DNA from: Candidatus Latescibacterota bacterium
GTDB lineage: Bacteria > Latescibacterota > UBA2968 > GCA-2709665
NCBI GenBank assembly: GCA_965222075.1
Contig: OZ244937.1
Coordinates: forward strand, 4,896,001 to 4,960,000
Direction of reading: 5' to 3'
Length of the DNA: 64,000 nucleotides
The stretch's first letter is position 1. The number at the start of each line of letters is the position of its first letter. The notes under the pieces were generated by a model. The model had not been told where the DNA came from and did no database searches. It was given only the letters and a program-made list of their open reading frames with translations. Shown piece by piece: positions 1-10,244 of this stretch. Made by a program: the position numbers and the translations under genes.

Positions 1-2
1 GG

Positions 3-89
3 GCGGTGTTCTGCAAAGCGGGCCAGCCTGTACAGGCGGCGCCGTCGATTCTGCAGGGATGGGCGAGGCTGCAGGAGGGAAGAAGATAG
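3..89 (+). CDS. 3' end of an upstream gene truncated by the window edge (…AVFCKAGQPVQAAPSILQGWARLQEGRR*)
   Basis: Open frame with GC-rich codon usage ending in TAG at 87-89, followed by a palindrome and then the next RBS; too short to assign. Confidence 0.3.
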   Translation, partial: AVFCKAGQPVQAAPSILQGWARLQEGRR

Positions 90-109
90 GGCGCACGACT
101 GTGCGCCCT
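88..109. repeat. REP-like palindrome AGGGCGCAC-gact-GTGCGCCCT
   Basis: Perfect 9-bp inverted repeat with a 4-nt loop in an intergenic position; resembles GTAG-type REPs. Confidence 0.55.
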
Positions 110-153
110 GTGCGCGGAACTATCAAGGTAAAGGAGACTTAGGGAGGTTTTAT

Positions 154-3100
154 ATGGACACATCCTGGGTTCCACCGGAGGAGAAAGGACACCGGGTGGT
201 GCGGTTTCCGGAGCGGCCGAACGTGTTGATCGATCGGCGACCGTTCGAGGCGTTTCGCCTCGGGTTTGAGTCGGGGGACGAGGGATGCCGCGGGCGCGTT
301 GAAAGGGCGATTGAAGAAGCTGAAAAGTGGGCCGGCAGATCGGATGCGTGGTTTCTGAGTACGATTTGGGACCAGGAACCGCGGGGGCTGTTTACCTGCG
401 CGTGCCCGATCCACCCGTTTCTGGTGCGGTATTACAGCTATTTTGAGTGGTCGCTGGAAGACCCGTGGCGGCTCTACTGCTCCTACTGCAAGGAGGAGGG
501 GCGGGAATACGACTATTATCCCAACCCCCGGTATTCGGACGATGGAGGGGGATGCTTTCCTACGGACGAGGTGTGGCGGGAAGACCACGACGAGGCGTGG
601 AGCCAGGCGCACAACGGGATTCCGTGGGACCACTGGGACGGGGAGACGCACGGATACATGGAGCCCACAAACGCCTACTACTTCAAGGGGCTCTGCTGGA
701 TGAACGCCTTCCGGGCGCTGTCGGGAGGCGTGCTGCACCGGCTGGGGGAGGCGTATCAGTTTGCGCTGAAGCTGCGCTCGGACGAGGCGGCCGCCGGGCG
801 GTTTGCACACAAAGCAAAGGCGATTCTGGTCACGTTGTCGCGGGCATTTCTGGGCGATGGGTATCTGGCCGGGGTGCTGGAGATTTCAGAGGCGGAGTTC
901 CTGGGACGGCTGGCGGATTTCTATGAGCCAGGGACCGAGGTAGGCGCCTATCCGGGGTATCGGCTCAACACGCCGCAGGATTATATGGCAGGCGATCCGA
1001 AGCGGCCGTTAGACACGTCCGGAAGCCGCTACGGCGTCAGAGGGGCGTCGATCTATCCTGGGGTGTGGAACTGGAAGGCGTCAGAGGCAGACGATCTGAT
1101 GGTGGGCTACGGGCTGATCGCCGAGGCGTTTGATGAGGCGGAATGCGCGCAGGGGCTCAAAGACGCCGCGCTTCGGATCGTGACGTCGGTGGAGGGCGAT
1201 GCGGAGCGGCTGAAGCAGGCGGGGCAGCGGCTGAAGCGGGGCATCGTGGAGTATACGCTGCATCCCTATACGCTTGTGACGGGCGCGGACAACCTCTCCC
1301 CATCGACGCAGATGCCCAGGCTGGCGCTGGGACGACTGGTGGGAGAGGACGAGATTGTGGAGAATGTGGCGAGAGATATCGTCTGCTTTCTCCACAATTT
1401 CTTCACGGGCGACGGCCTGGGCAAGGAGGGTTCGCCCTCTTATACGACCTGGGGGATCGGAGAGGTGATGGCGGCGCTGCACGGCGAGGTGGGCAATTTC
1501 GACCGGACGGCGCCCTATTTTGATGGGGCCCTGGGGGGCCTGAATCTGCTTTCGATGCCGATCTTTCGATACGGTCTGGGGAACTACCTCTACACGGGGT
1601 TCCCCAACGGCCGGCCGGTTACGTGGGAGGATTGCGTGATTCGGGCAAGCATGCCCCTTCATCAACTTGAGCAGGTGGAGGCGATGGGCGGGGGCGTGCC
1701 GGAGGTCTACCGGGAGTATCTGAATTTTAAACGCAATGAGGCGGGGGAGCCGGTTGTGACCCTCAAGCTGCCTATGGTTCTGCCCTCCCGCCTGCTGGGG
1801 GAAAACCGGAAGGGGGTGCTTAGAAGTGGTGCGGGTGAGAACACCCGGGCGCTGTCGGTCGATTTTACGGAGCGTGTGGGACACTACCACATGGCGCCGC
1901 TGAACCTGACGCTGTTTGCGAAAGGACACGAACTGGCGACCGACCTGGGGTACCTGGGGTCGACACACTTTATGACGGTGGACTGGATCAAGACGTTTCC
2001 GGCGCACAATACGGTGGTGATCCGTACAGAGGATGGGGACCCGATGGTTACGGACAACCTGCGGGGAGATGTGCGCTATTTCAAGGATCTGCCGGGTGTG
2101 GTGGCGATGGATGCGGCAGAGGAGGACGCGTCGGAGCTGGCGAAGGCGCCGGGGACGGATCGGTATCAGCGGACGGTGGCGATGATCGACGTGGACGAGA
2201 CGGACGCCTATGTGGTGGATATTTTCCGGGTGAACGGCGGGCGCCTGCACGACTGGACGTTTCACAGCAACGGGCATCGGTTCGAGACGGAGGGCGTGGA
2301 ATTGGCCGAGCGCCCGGACCGGGAGGAGACGCTTTACGAGTACAGCGGGTTCAGCTTTACGCCAGGCCGGCGGACACCGGGGCAGGGTGCCAGGTGGGGG
2401 TCAGAGCGGGTCTCCGCTTTGAGGGCGGGTAAGAGCAGCGGCGGCTGGACGGCGACATGGGGGGATGTGACGGAGTTTCCAGGTGAGGATGGAACGCCGG
2501 AGGTGGACCGAGAGGTATTTTTGAAGCTGCACATGCTCGATGAGGTTGGATCGGAAGTGATCGTGGGCACAGGTCCGGCGCAGCGGTGGATAGACAACCG
2601 GGATATGGGCGAGGAGATGTCGATTGTGACGGTGAGGCGGCAGAACGGAGAAGGGCTGGATACGTTTGCGGCGGTGTACGAGCCTTACCGGCAGGCGACG
2701 TTTATCGAGCAGGTCGCACGCGTGGAGGTGACATCGGCAGACCCGGAAGCGGTCGGTCTGAAGGTGGTGCACAGGAGGGGAACGGATCTGATCCTGAGCG
2801 GGAATGCGGCCGACGGCCGGTCGGAGGTTCTGCAGGTCGAGACGGCCGGGCACGTGCTGCAAACGGACGGAGAACTGGCCGCCGCGTCGTTCGACGGGGA
2901 GGGGCTGCGGTCGGTTTCGGTGATTGGAGGAACATTTGCCCAGGCCGACGGGCAGCGGGTGGAGGTCGCCCCGACGGTTGAGGGAACGCTGGTGGGGTTC
3001 GACGATGTGGAGAAGTCGCTGACGGTGAAGCCGGACGGAGAACTGCCCGGTGGGGATGCGCTTGCGGGGGAGGTTGTGACGATCAGGCACCGGGAGCGGA

Positions 3101-3540
3101 CGTCGGCTTATACGATCCGGTCGGTCGAAGAGGTGGGGGACGGGACGGTGAAGCTGCACCTGGACGGCTGGCCGCATCTGGCGATCGGCTACCTGCTGGT
3201 GACCGGTGTGGAGGCGGACCGGGTGTGGGTGGAGCCGCCGCCGGTGCTGCAGGGGAAGGTGGAAAACGTCAATCTGTTCAAGGTGGAGGCAGACCGGAGC
3301 CTGCGTTTTCTGCAGCCGTCGGGTGAGCGAACCAACCCCGGTATTTTCTGGATGTGGAGCGGCGAGCGGGGCGCGGACGGGATCTTAGATGAGTGGGGCA
3401 CACTGATTCGCAGCCGACACTATCTGACGCTGGAGGAGGCCGAGCAGGTGAGCGCGGGCGAGGAGGTCGCGTTTTCTCTTCTGCACCCGGGTGTGGACCG
3501 GTTTGGAATTATGGGGTCCGGACATGATGTAACGCAGTGA
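154..3540 (+). CDS. Heparinase II/III-family (polysaccharide lyase-like) protein, 1128 aa
   Basis: RBS GGGAGG. Carries GHYH..LNLTLFAKGHELATDLGY…AHNTVVI and YQRTVAMID…YVVDIFRV.GG..HDW.FH motifs typical of heparinase II/III C-terminal domains. Confidence 0.75.
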   Translation: MDTSWVPPEEKGHRVVRFPERPNVLIDRRPFEAFRLGFESGDEGCRGRVERAIEEAEKWAGRSDAWFLSTIWDQEPRGLFTCACPIHPFLVRYYSYFEWSLEDPWRLYCSYCKEEGREYDYYPNPRYSDDGGGCFPTDEVWREDHDEAWSQAHNGIPWDHWDGETHGYMEPTNAYYFKGLCWMNAFRALSGGVLHRLGEAYQFALKLRSDEAAAGRFAHKAKAILVTLSRAFLGDGYLAGVLEISEAEFLGRLADFYEPGTEVGAYPGYRLNTPQDYMAGDPKRPLDTSGSRYGVRGASIYPGVWNWKASEADDLMVGYGLIAEAFDEAECAQGLKDAALRIVTSVEGDAERLKQAGQRLKRGIVEYTLHPYTLVTGADNLSPSTQMPRLALGRLVGEDEIVENVARDIVCFLHNFFTGDGLGKEGSPSYTTWGIGEVMAALHGEVGNFDRTAPYFDGALGGLNLLSMPIFRYGLGNYLYTGFPNGRPVTWEDCVIRASMPLHQLEQVEAMGGGVPEVYREYLNFKRNEAGEPVVTLKLPMVLPSRLLGENRKGVLRSGAGENTRALSVDFTERVGHYHMAPLNLTLFAKGHELATDLGYLGSTHFMTVDWIKTFPAHNTVVIRTEDGDPMVTDNLRGDVRYFKDLPGVVAMDAAEEDASELAKAPGTDRYQRTVAMIDVDETDAYVVDIFRVNGGRLHDWTFHSNGHRFETEGVELAERPDREETLYEYSGFSFTPGRRTPGQGARWGSERVSALRAGKSSGGWTATWGDVTEFPGEDGTPEVDREVFLKLHMLDEVGSEVIVGTGPAQRWIDNRDMGEEMSIVTVRRQNGEGLDTFAAVYEPYRQATFIEQVARVEVTSADPEAVGLKVVHRRGTDLILSGNAADGRSEVLQVETAGHVLQTDGELAAASFDGEGLRSVSVIGGTFAQADGQRVEVAPTVEGTLVGFDDVEKSLTVKPDGELPGGDALAGEVVTIRHRERTSAYTIRSVEEVGDGTVKLHLDGWPHLAIGYLLVTGVEADRVWVEPPPVLQGKVENVNLFKVEADRSLRFLQPSGERTNPGIFWMWSGERGADGILDEWGTLIRSRHYLTLEEAEQVSAGEEVAFSLLHPGVDRFGIMGSGHDVTQ

Positions 3541-3615
3541 ACGCCGGTGTGAAAAGGGATTATTCCCGGGGGAAGAGCTCTTCAACTTCAAGCAACCCGT
3601 CACCGGTTGACAGGC

Positions 3616-5643
3616 TCAAAACCACTGATGCACCCGGTGCCCGTGGTTTGGAAACCAGATGCTATCCACAACGATCCCCAAGGCTACGGCAAGTATATAG
3701 CCGATGAGTACGCCGTAGAAGAACGGCTTCGTCTCACGGTAGAAGGACGCCCCGGCGATCCGGATTGTCAGGTATTTTGCCGCCCAGGCAATGAATATGG
3801 TCGTGCTGGTCAGCCGTGTGAGCGACATCCCCGACAGGGCGAAACCGACCGGGTGCAGTGGCCACCAGGAAAACCGGTAGCGCATCAGATTGATCAACAC
3901 CATACCGGCTGCACCGCCCAGGAAAAACCCGTAGTCCGCCGGTACTACCGGAGTGGGGCTCAACACCTCGCTTACCGCCTTCTGGTACTGCCAGGGGCCA
4001 TTGCCGATGATCAACCAGTTGGGTCGAAAGTTGTAGCCGCCGATCGTATATCCCAGCCAGATGTTGTAAAGCGTGGAGGTAACCATCCCGACGACGAAGG
4101 CCGAGCTTAACGCCCAGAATAGTCGGCGTTTTCCCTGGGTCATGGAATCTGCCAGACGGTTGATATGGACCAGCGGCATCATCAGGAAAGCTCGATAGTG
4201 GGTCATCGGAAACCATGCCAGGCAAGAGACCGCGTTTGTGGGGCCCTTGAGGGCCTCTGCTCCACCCAGCAGCGTCACAGAAAGATTCCAGGCGGAGGTC
4301 GGTGGATTCGTGTAGATGAGTCCGGAATCCACCACGACCTTGGTCACGCCAAGAAACAGAATCAGCATAAAGGGAATCAGGAGCAGAATAAGTCTCAAAT
4401 CGATCCCGATCCGGTTCAGCCAGGTTGCAACATAAAGGCAGCTGAGAACCAAACCGATCAGTGCGGTCCGATAGGAGAGCAGCTCCCTGCTGTCGTCTGT
4501 GGGAGAGCGATCCGGATGGAGGGCCTTTTGAAAGACCTCGCGCAGATGCGGACGAGAGATCCAGACCCACCACAGGACCAGCGCCACGAACGCCCCGGTG
4601 GTCTGCCATCGGAACGACCCCGTCGTGTAGTGAGGGGAGGTGGCCGCCAGCCCCAGGCGATTCAGGGCCCCGGCCTCGAAAATGTAGAGGATGTCAAAAA
4701 ACCAGATGCTGAAGAGGACCTCCAGACTGGCGAAATAGGAGAAACAGATTACTACCGTGCTGAGATTGATGAAGATGGGAGGGTAGTATTCGGAATAGAA
4801 GATCCAGTTCCACTGGGCCACCGGAAAGGTCGGAACGTGAGGATAGAACCAGGAAATCATGTTCCAGCAAAAGATCGTCAGAATCAGGATGAAACCGGTC
4901 CAGAAGGCTTTTCCCACCATGATCTCCGGCACCACTCTCCTCCCGGTGCCCGCCTGAGCCGTCAACTCCGCAATTGGGGTGATCATGGGATAGATCAGCT
5001 TCTCATTGTCCGACCATTGCCGGTGAATGATTACCGATGCGCACACACAGGCGAATCCCACGGCACAGATCAGTATAAACCACGAGATGAGTGGTACCGT
5101 CCATACATTCCACGGGATGGCAGCCCCTCCTGGCAGCCCCTCGTAAAACCAGCTCATGGCTCCACTCTCGTTGGTTGGTACAAGCCAACTCGGGAGGTAG
5201 GGATGAAGATACTCGGACCACTGGTTTTCCGGACTCGCGAAGTAGTAAGGCGCTGAAATGATCCCGACAAGATAGCCGCTCACGCCGTAGGTGGGACCGT
5301 AAGCCCCGACAAGCCCCATCGAGAAGATCGTGATCCATTCCGTTTGCGAGAACACAAACCACCGCCCGAACCAGCGGGCCAGGGCCGCAAAGAGGAGCAT
5401 GGACAGCAGAAAGAGGACAAAGTTCGACATCGGCATGTGGCTGAAGGCCATATAGGATCCATGTTGCGCAAAACGGACCGTATTGGCCAGCATGCCCACG
5501 GCCGCAGAAAGTAAAATTCCGAACGTGAACGCCCGGGGCGTGACCCCTCGCCCGGGATGTCTTCCCGCAGTACCCCCCAGATCTTTTTCCAGCGCGCCTC
5601 CAGATCGTCCCCGAGATACATTCCGCTCCTGGGATTCGCTCAT
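3616..5643 (-). CDS. DUF6785/DUF6784-type polytopic membrane protein (putative transporter)
   Basis: Many hydrophobic helices; family motifs PYYFASPENQW, RQW..NEKL.YP, ELLSYRTA, RYRFSWWPLHPVGF. Start moved to MSESQ (5643) because of the GGAGG RBS. Confidence 0.75.
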   Translation of the reverse strand: MSESQERNVSRGRSGGALEKDLGGTAGRHPGRGVTPRAFTFGILLSAAVGMLANTVRFAQHGSYMAFSHMPMSNFVLFLLSMLLFAALARWFGRWFVFSQTEWITIFSMGLVGAYGPTYGVSGYLVGIISAPYYFASPENQWSEYLHPYLPSWLVPTNESGAMSWFYEGLPGGAAIPWNVWTVPLISWFILICAVGFACVCASVIIHRQWSDNEKLIYPMITPIAELTAQAGTGRRVVPEIMVGKAFWTGFILILTIFCWNMISWFYPHVPTFPVAQWNWIFYSEYYPPIFINLSTVVICFSYFASLEVLFSIWFFDILYIFEAGALNRLGLAATSPHYTTGSFRWQTTGAFVALVLWWVWISRPHLREVFQKALHPDRSPTDDSRELLSYRTALIGLVLSCLYVATWLNRIGIDLRLILLLIPFMLILFLGVTKVVVDSGLIYTNPPTSAWNLSVTLLGGAEALKGPTNAVSCLAWFPMTHYRAFLMMPLVHINRLADSMTQGKRRLFWALSSAFVVGMVTSTLYNIWLGYTIGGYNFRPNWLIIGNGPWQYQKAVSEVLSPTPVVPADYGFFLGGAAGMVLINLMRYRFSWWPLHPVGFALSGMSLTRLTSTTIFIAWAAKYLTIRIAGASFYRETKPFFYGVLIGYILAVALGIVVDSIWFPNHGHRVHQWF

Positions 5644-5738
5644 AGAAAGCCTCCGAGGATAAGGAGGGTGGGTGTTGACCTGGGATTGTCTCACATCGCT
5701 TGGCCTGACCAACGAATCTGCTCATGGGCTGATGCCAC

Positions 5739-5766
5739 AGTATAGCTGTCATGCGCTCACAGTCAA
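5739..5766 (-). promoter_or_regulatory. Sigma70-type promoter for the minus-strand DUF6785 gene (TTGACT-16-TATACT)
   Basis: Near-consensus -35/-10 in a divergent intergenic region. Confidence 0.5.
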
Positions 5767-5809
5767 CCTTTTTTTGTCCCTTAACTCAGCTGTTCGGGAA
5801 AATTTTTTG

Positions 5810-5838
5810 TTGATCCGGGTGAAGCAATGTATTAACAT
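5810..5838 (+). promoter_or_regulatory. Sigma70-type promoter (TTGATC-17-TAACAT) upstream of the RNA motif and DUF2341 gene
   Basis: -35/-10-like hexamers at 17-nt spacing in an AT-rich stretch. Confidence 0.4.
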
Positions 5839-5865
5839 TCAGGCCTTAGCATAGCAGATAAACGA

Positions 5866-5947
5866 CCGCCGGAGACCAACTTCCTGGTAGAGGTAGGGCC
5901 GGCGGCCTGCAGGGTGATGCGAGGCGGCTCTACAGTCTTCTCAGATG
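5866..5947 (+). ncRNA. Candidate structured 5'-UTR RNA motif, copy 1
   Basis: About 68 of 83 aligned positions identical to 21504-21586; stems ACCA/TGGT, GTAGGGCC/GGCTCTAC and CCGCCGG/CCGGCGG. Confidence 0.6.
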
Positions 5948-6004
5948 TCCGATAGAGAAGGCTGTCCGGATGACGATGCCACATTTTTGAAAGGGGGTTC
6001 CTGT

Positions 6005-8083
6005 ATGGGAACGTCTGAGACCTATCGCAGGAAAATAGCCGTTGATCACACGAAGGTCTCAGATGAGGATCTGACCGACTTTCCACTGCTCATTGTCTTA
6101 GAGGACAGCGCGTTGAAGGGTGTGGCTTACGGCGGCGCCCAGCAGAAGGGTGAGGATATCCACTTTATCGGGGCCGACGGCAGTCGGCTGGACGGCGAGA
6201 TCGAGCGTTACGATGCCGCTACAGGCTCTTTGAGGGCGTGGGTGAGGATTCCGAGGCTTTCGCATACTGCGGATACGGAGATTTTCCTCTGTTACGGTCA
6301 GGGGAGCAGTGCTGGTGAGGGGTCGGTTTGGGGCTCGGGCTACCGGCTGGTCCGGCATTCGAATACCGCGCCGGGGGGGCATGAGATCGTTCTCCACGCC
6401 GAGGATTTGAACCTCAGGGATGCGATTACGGTGGAGGCCTGGTTTCACAGTGAAGAGGGGAGGTCAGACGCGTTTCAGGCGCTGGTGTCGAAGTGGTCGC
6501 TGCGTTCTGAGATGGATGCGTTTGAGACTTACGATGCTGAAAATACGGATGGCCTGGACACCAGGGGATTCTTCGGGGCGGTGTGCGACGGGCGGTATAT
6601 CTATTTTTCGCCTCAGTCCAACAGCAGCGGGCGCCACGGGGAGGCGCTGAGGTACGATTCTTATGGCGCATTTACGGATCCGGCGAGTTGGGTGGGGTAT
6701 TCTGCGGGAAGAACGGGGGAGATGAATACCAGAGGCTATTACGGGGCCGTCTACGACGGGCGGTACGTTTACTATATTCCGCGCAGGGACAATGACGGTT
6801 TTCACAACCGGGTGCTGCGGCACGATACGCGAGGAGACTTCAGAAGCCCGGAAAGCTGGTCCGCATTCGATGTAGGACATCAGATCTCCTATCAGAGCGG
6901 CGCGTTCGACGGGCGCTATGTGTACTGGGTTCCGGGGTTTGATGATTACGACCACGGCAACAGCGGCAGGGTGATGCGCTACGATACACAGGGCGCGTTT
7001 GACAATGCCCAGAGCTATGTCCTGTACGATGCGGGAAACACCTCCGGGCTGGGTTCGAAATGCTATGACGGGGCCTGCTTCGACGGGCGATACGTGTATT
7101 TTGCCCCGCTGGACGGCAATGAGAACAAGGGGATTGCGCTCCGGCTTGATACGGAAAGCGATTTCTCCTCGCCGGAGAGCTGGGCGGCTTTCGACGCGAA
7201 GGGGTCGGGGTTAGGCGTGTGTGTGGGCGCGATTTTCGACGGGCAGTATATCTACTATGTGCCTTATGCACACAGCGTGGTGGTTCGTTATGATCCCCAG
7301 GGAGATTTTCAAGACGTGGGAAGCTGGGAAGCGTACGATGCTGCGGATACGTCCGGTCTGGATACAACCGGATACGACGGCGCTGCGTTCGACGGACGCT
7401 ACGTCTATTTTATTCCCTTCCGGTACGGAAAGCAGAAGTTCACAACACCCCATGCCTGCCTGCTGCGTTACGATACGGAGGCGGGTTTCACAGATCCGGC
7501 AGGCTGGGACGCCATGGATGCAGGGGCGCACACGTCCAATCCGGGGGGGTTTAACGGGGGGACGTTTGATGGGCGCTACGTTTATTTTGCTCCCTGGCGG
7601 TTGGGCACCGATGAAAACGGCGGCATTATCAGCCACGGACAGGTGCTGAGGTACGATACCACAGATTCGGATGCTTCGTTTATCCTTAAATACGCGGAGT
7701 GCGGACATAACGGAGGGCTGTGCGCTGCCCTGCCGGGGCCGACGTTTTCGGTGAATACGTCCGAAGGGGTGCGCAATGTGCGGGCAAATCGCTCGCCCGG
7801 TCCGGGCTGGCACCACGTGGCGGGGGTTTACGACGGCGCCCGGCTTACTCTCTACGTAGACGGTGTCCCGGTGAACGAAGCGGAGGGAACGGGTTCCATC
7901 CAGGCCGGGCAGGCAGATGTTGGCATCGGCCGGATTGCGGGCGGGGGGGCGCAGTTCAAAGGGAGGGTATCCGAGGCCCGGATTTCGGATACGGCCAGGT
8001 CCGGGGCGTGGATTCAGACGACGTACCGGAATCTGAAGGCGCCTCATACGTTTGTCAGGGTTGGAGAGGAAGAACAGGAATAG
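6005..8083 (+). CDS. DUF2341 + LamG-like jellyroll protein with seven inserted (G/A)xFDGRYxYF repeats
   Basis: N-terminal DUF2341-type RRKIAVDHTKV…FPLL…EIERYD…AWVRIP; split LamG (ITVEAW … WHHVAGVYDG…LYVDG…EARIS); 7 repeats between the halves. Start set at MGTSE after RBS AAGGGGG. Confidence 0.7.
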   Translation: MGTSETYRRKIAVDHTKVSDEDLTDFPLLIVLEDSALKGVAYGGAQQKGEDIHFIGADGSRLDGEIERYDAATGSLRAWVRIPRLSHTADTEIFLCYGQGSSAGEGSVWGSGYRLVRHSNTAPGGHEIVLHAEDLNLRDAITVEAWFHSEEGRSDAFQALVSKWSLRSEMDAFETYDAENTDGLDTRGFFGAVCDGRYIYFSPQSNSSGRHGEALRYDSYGAFTDPASWVGYSAGRTGEMNTRGYYGAVYDGRYVYYIPRRDNDGFHNRVLRHDTRGDFRSPESWSAFDVGHQISYQSGAFDGRYVYWVPGFDDYDHGNSGRVMRYDTQGAFDNAQSYVLYDAGNTSGLGSKCYDGACFDGRYVYFAPLDGNENKGIALRLDTESDFSSPESWAAFDAKGSGLGVCVGAIFDGQYIYYVPYAHSVVVRYDPQGDFQDVGSWEAYDAADTSGLDTTGYDGAAFDGRYVYFIPFRYGKQKFTTPHACLLRYDTEAGFTDPAGWDAMDAGAHTSNPGGFNGGTFDGRYVYFAPWRLGTDENGGIISHGQVLRYDTTDSDASFILKYAECGHNGGLCAALPGPTFSVNTSEGVRNVRANRSPGPGWHHVAGVYDGARLTLYVDGVPVNEAEGTGSIQAGQADVGIGRIAGGGAQFKGRVSEARISDTARSGAWIQTTYRNLKAPHTFVRVGEEEQE

Positions 8084-8207
8084 GAGAGGCCGTATGCACA
8101 GTGAAAAGCCCTTACGCGTCCGGAACCGAAAACAGATGTTTATCGATGACAGCGGTTTCTTGAGCGGTTTGGAGTTTTGTGATACAGATTGAGGTTAGAA
8201 CAGGCCT

Positions 8208-10148
8208 ATGACACGGCGCGCATTTATTATCGGACTTATCATATCCGCACTCACCACCCTCTGGCCGACCTATTCCAGCCTGATCGTCGGCTCTTCTCGG
8301 GCCGATTTTGCGCATCTGTCGGATGCGCTCCTCATCCCCTTTATCTGTCTGCTGGGGATTAACCTGATGCTGAGCCGGCGGAGGGACGGGCTGTCTCCGT
8401 CCGAACTTCTGACCATCTGCTGCATGGGGATGATCGCCGGGATGATGCAGGGGGAATGGCTCTCGGGCTATCTCTTAGGTGTGATTACGGCTCCCACCTA
8501 TTTTGCCACGCCTGAAAATCGATGGGCCGAAGTTATTATTCCCCATATGCCCGACTGGAGCATTGTGGCGGACAGGCCGGCCAGCATCGGATTTTACGAG
8601 AGCCTGCCGAAGGGGGCGAACATTCCGTGGGCGCCCTGGATCGCTCCGTTCCTGTGGTGGGGAGGCTTTATGGCCGCCGTGCTCCTGGCCGGCTTCTGTT
8701 CGATGATCCTTCTCCGGAAGCAGTGGATGGAGAACGAGCGGCTGGCCTTTCCGATTGCGACGGCCGTGCTGGAGCTGACCGGCGTTTCCGGTTCGGAGGG
8801 GACGCTTTCGAACCTGGTCCGGTCCCGGCTGTTCCGGATTGGCTTCTGGGCTGTGCTGCTTCTGTTTTTCTGGACGATCGCTACCTGGTTTATGCCGACG
8901 ATTCCCCTGCTTGAGTTTCCGATGACTTCGCTGTCGGCCAAGCGAATCCTGCTGGGGAAGGGGTTTCCCCCGTTCATGTTCTCGGTCCATCCGATGACGA
9001 TTGCGTTCAGCTATTTCACCAAGTCGGAGGTGCTGCTGAGCATCTGGTTCTTCCACTTGCTGGCCATCCTGCAGGTGGGGATTTTCAGCCGGATCGGCTT
9101 CGACATCGGAGGCTCGGACCCCTGGTGTTCGTTCGATCCGGCGATCGGATGGCAGAGTTTTGGGGGGATGATCGTGTTCGTGGGCTGGGGGCTGTGGACC
9201 GCCCGGGCGCATTTGAAGGAGGTCTTCCGGAAGGCATTTACCAGAAGGGGAGAGATCGACGATTCCGAGGAGCTGCTTTCCTACCGCACGGCGGTCTATC
9301 TGCTGCTCGCATCTGTGATGTATCTGATTTTCTTTCTGCGCCGGGCCGGAATGGACTGGGGGCCGCTTCTCGCCTTCTGGTTCGGGACGTTTATCCTCTA
9401 TATGGGGCTTGCGCGGATTATCGTGGAGAGCGGGCTGGTCTACCTGCGGGGGCCGATCACCGCGCAGGCGTTTACCTGGCACCTTTTCGGGATTGCCGGA
9501 TTGGGACCGCCCAGTGCGGTGGCCCTGGGGCTGACGTACACTTTTTTCTGTGATGCCAAGACGTTTGGCGTCACCGCGCTTGCCCACATTCCCCGATTTG
9601 GCGTTGCGATGAATCCGAGGCGCCGGCGGCTCCTGGTGCCGGCCGTTCTTGCAGGCGGGCTGGTGGGTGCGGTGACCGTTATCGGATATATCCTCCACCA
9701 GGGATACCACGTGCTGGGGAGTTACAATTTCGGTGTGGTCAGTTTCAACGGATCCAGCGACGGCGCAGTGGGGATCTGGTCGCTTACCACCAGCCGCATT
9801 CTGGAGGGGACGTTCGGAACGGACTGGAACCGGCTGAGCTTCTTAGGGATCGGCGCACTGGTTACCTGTCTGCTATTTTATTTCAGGTATCGGTTTCCCA
9901 CCTTTCCGATCCATCCGATCGGGTTTACGATTTCCGCTTCGGGCGTTCTGAGAAGCAGCGTGGCTTCGATTTTCCTGGTGTGGGTTACCAAGATCCTGCT
10001 GCTGAAGCTGGGAGGCTTAGACCTCTACCGCCGGACGGCTGTGCTTTTTCTGGGGATGGTGTTGGGGTATCTGACGGGGGTCGGGCTGGGGATTATCGTG
10101 GATACCATCTGGTTTAACGGGAATGGGCATAAGCTCAACGATTGGTAG
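8208..10148 (+). CDS. DUF6785/DUF6784-type polytopic membrane protein
   Basis: PTYFATPENRW, RKQWMENERLAFP, ELLSYRTA, RYRFPTFPIHPIGF motifs; paralogue of 3616-5643. Confidence 0.75.
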   Translation: MTRRAFIIGLIISALTTLWPTYSSLIVGSSRADFAHLSDALLIPFICLLGINLMLSRRRDGLSPSELLTICCMGMIAGMMQGEWLSGYLLGVITAPTYFATPENRWAEVIIPHMPDWSIVADRPASIGFYESLPKGANIPWAPWIAPFLWWGGFMAAVLLAGFCSMILLRKQWMENERLAFPIATAVLELTGVSGSEGTLSNLVRSRLFRIGFWAVLLLFFWTIATWFMPTIPLLEFPMTSLSAKRILLGKGFPPFMFSVHPMTIAFSYFTKSEVLLSIWFFHLLAILQVGIFSRIGFDIGGSDPWCSFDPAIGWQSFGGMIVFVGWGLWTARAHLKEVFRKAFTRRGEIDDSEELLSYRTAVYLLLASVMYLIFFLRRAGMDWGPLLAFWFGTFILYMGLARIIVESGLVYLRGPITAQAFTWHLFGIAGLGPPSAVALGLTYTFFCDAKTFGVTALAHIPRFGVAMNPRRRRLLVPAVLAGGLVGAVTVIGYILHQGYHVLGSYNFGVVSFNGSSDGAVGIWSLTTSRILEGTFGTDWNRLSFLGIGALVTCLLFYFRYRFPTFPIHPIGFTISASGVLRSSVASIFLVWVTKILLLKLGGLDLYRRTAVLFLGMVLGYLTGVGLGIIVDTIWFNGNGHKLNDW

Positions 10149-10244
10149 ACATGGACAGACAGCGAACGGTCGAGGGCAGCAATGGATGGCCAGGATATGG
10201 GGCTGGAGAATGAAACCAGCCCCAGGCTATTTGAAGCGTTTTCT

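Noticed and set aside
5866-5947. Assignment of the RNA motif to a known class (lysine, glycine, fluoride or c-di-GMP riboswitch; HDV or pistol ribozyme)
   Set aside because: Only short words match (AGAGGU, UAGGGC, …CUAC); the diagnostic cores and lengths do not fit, so it is left unassigned pending an Rfam search.
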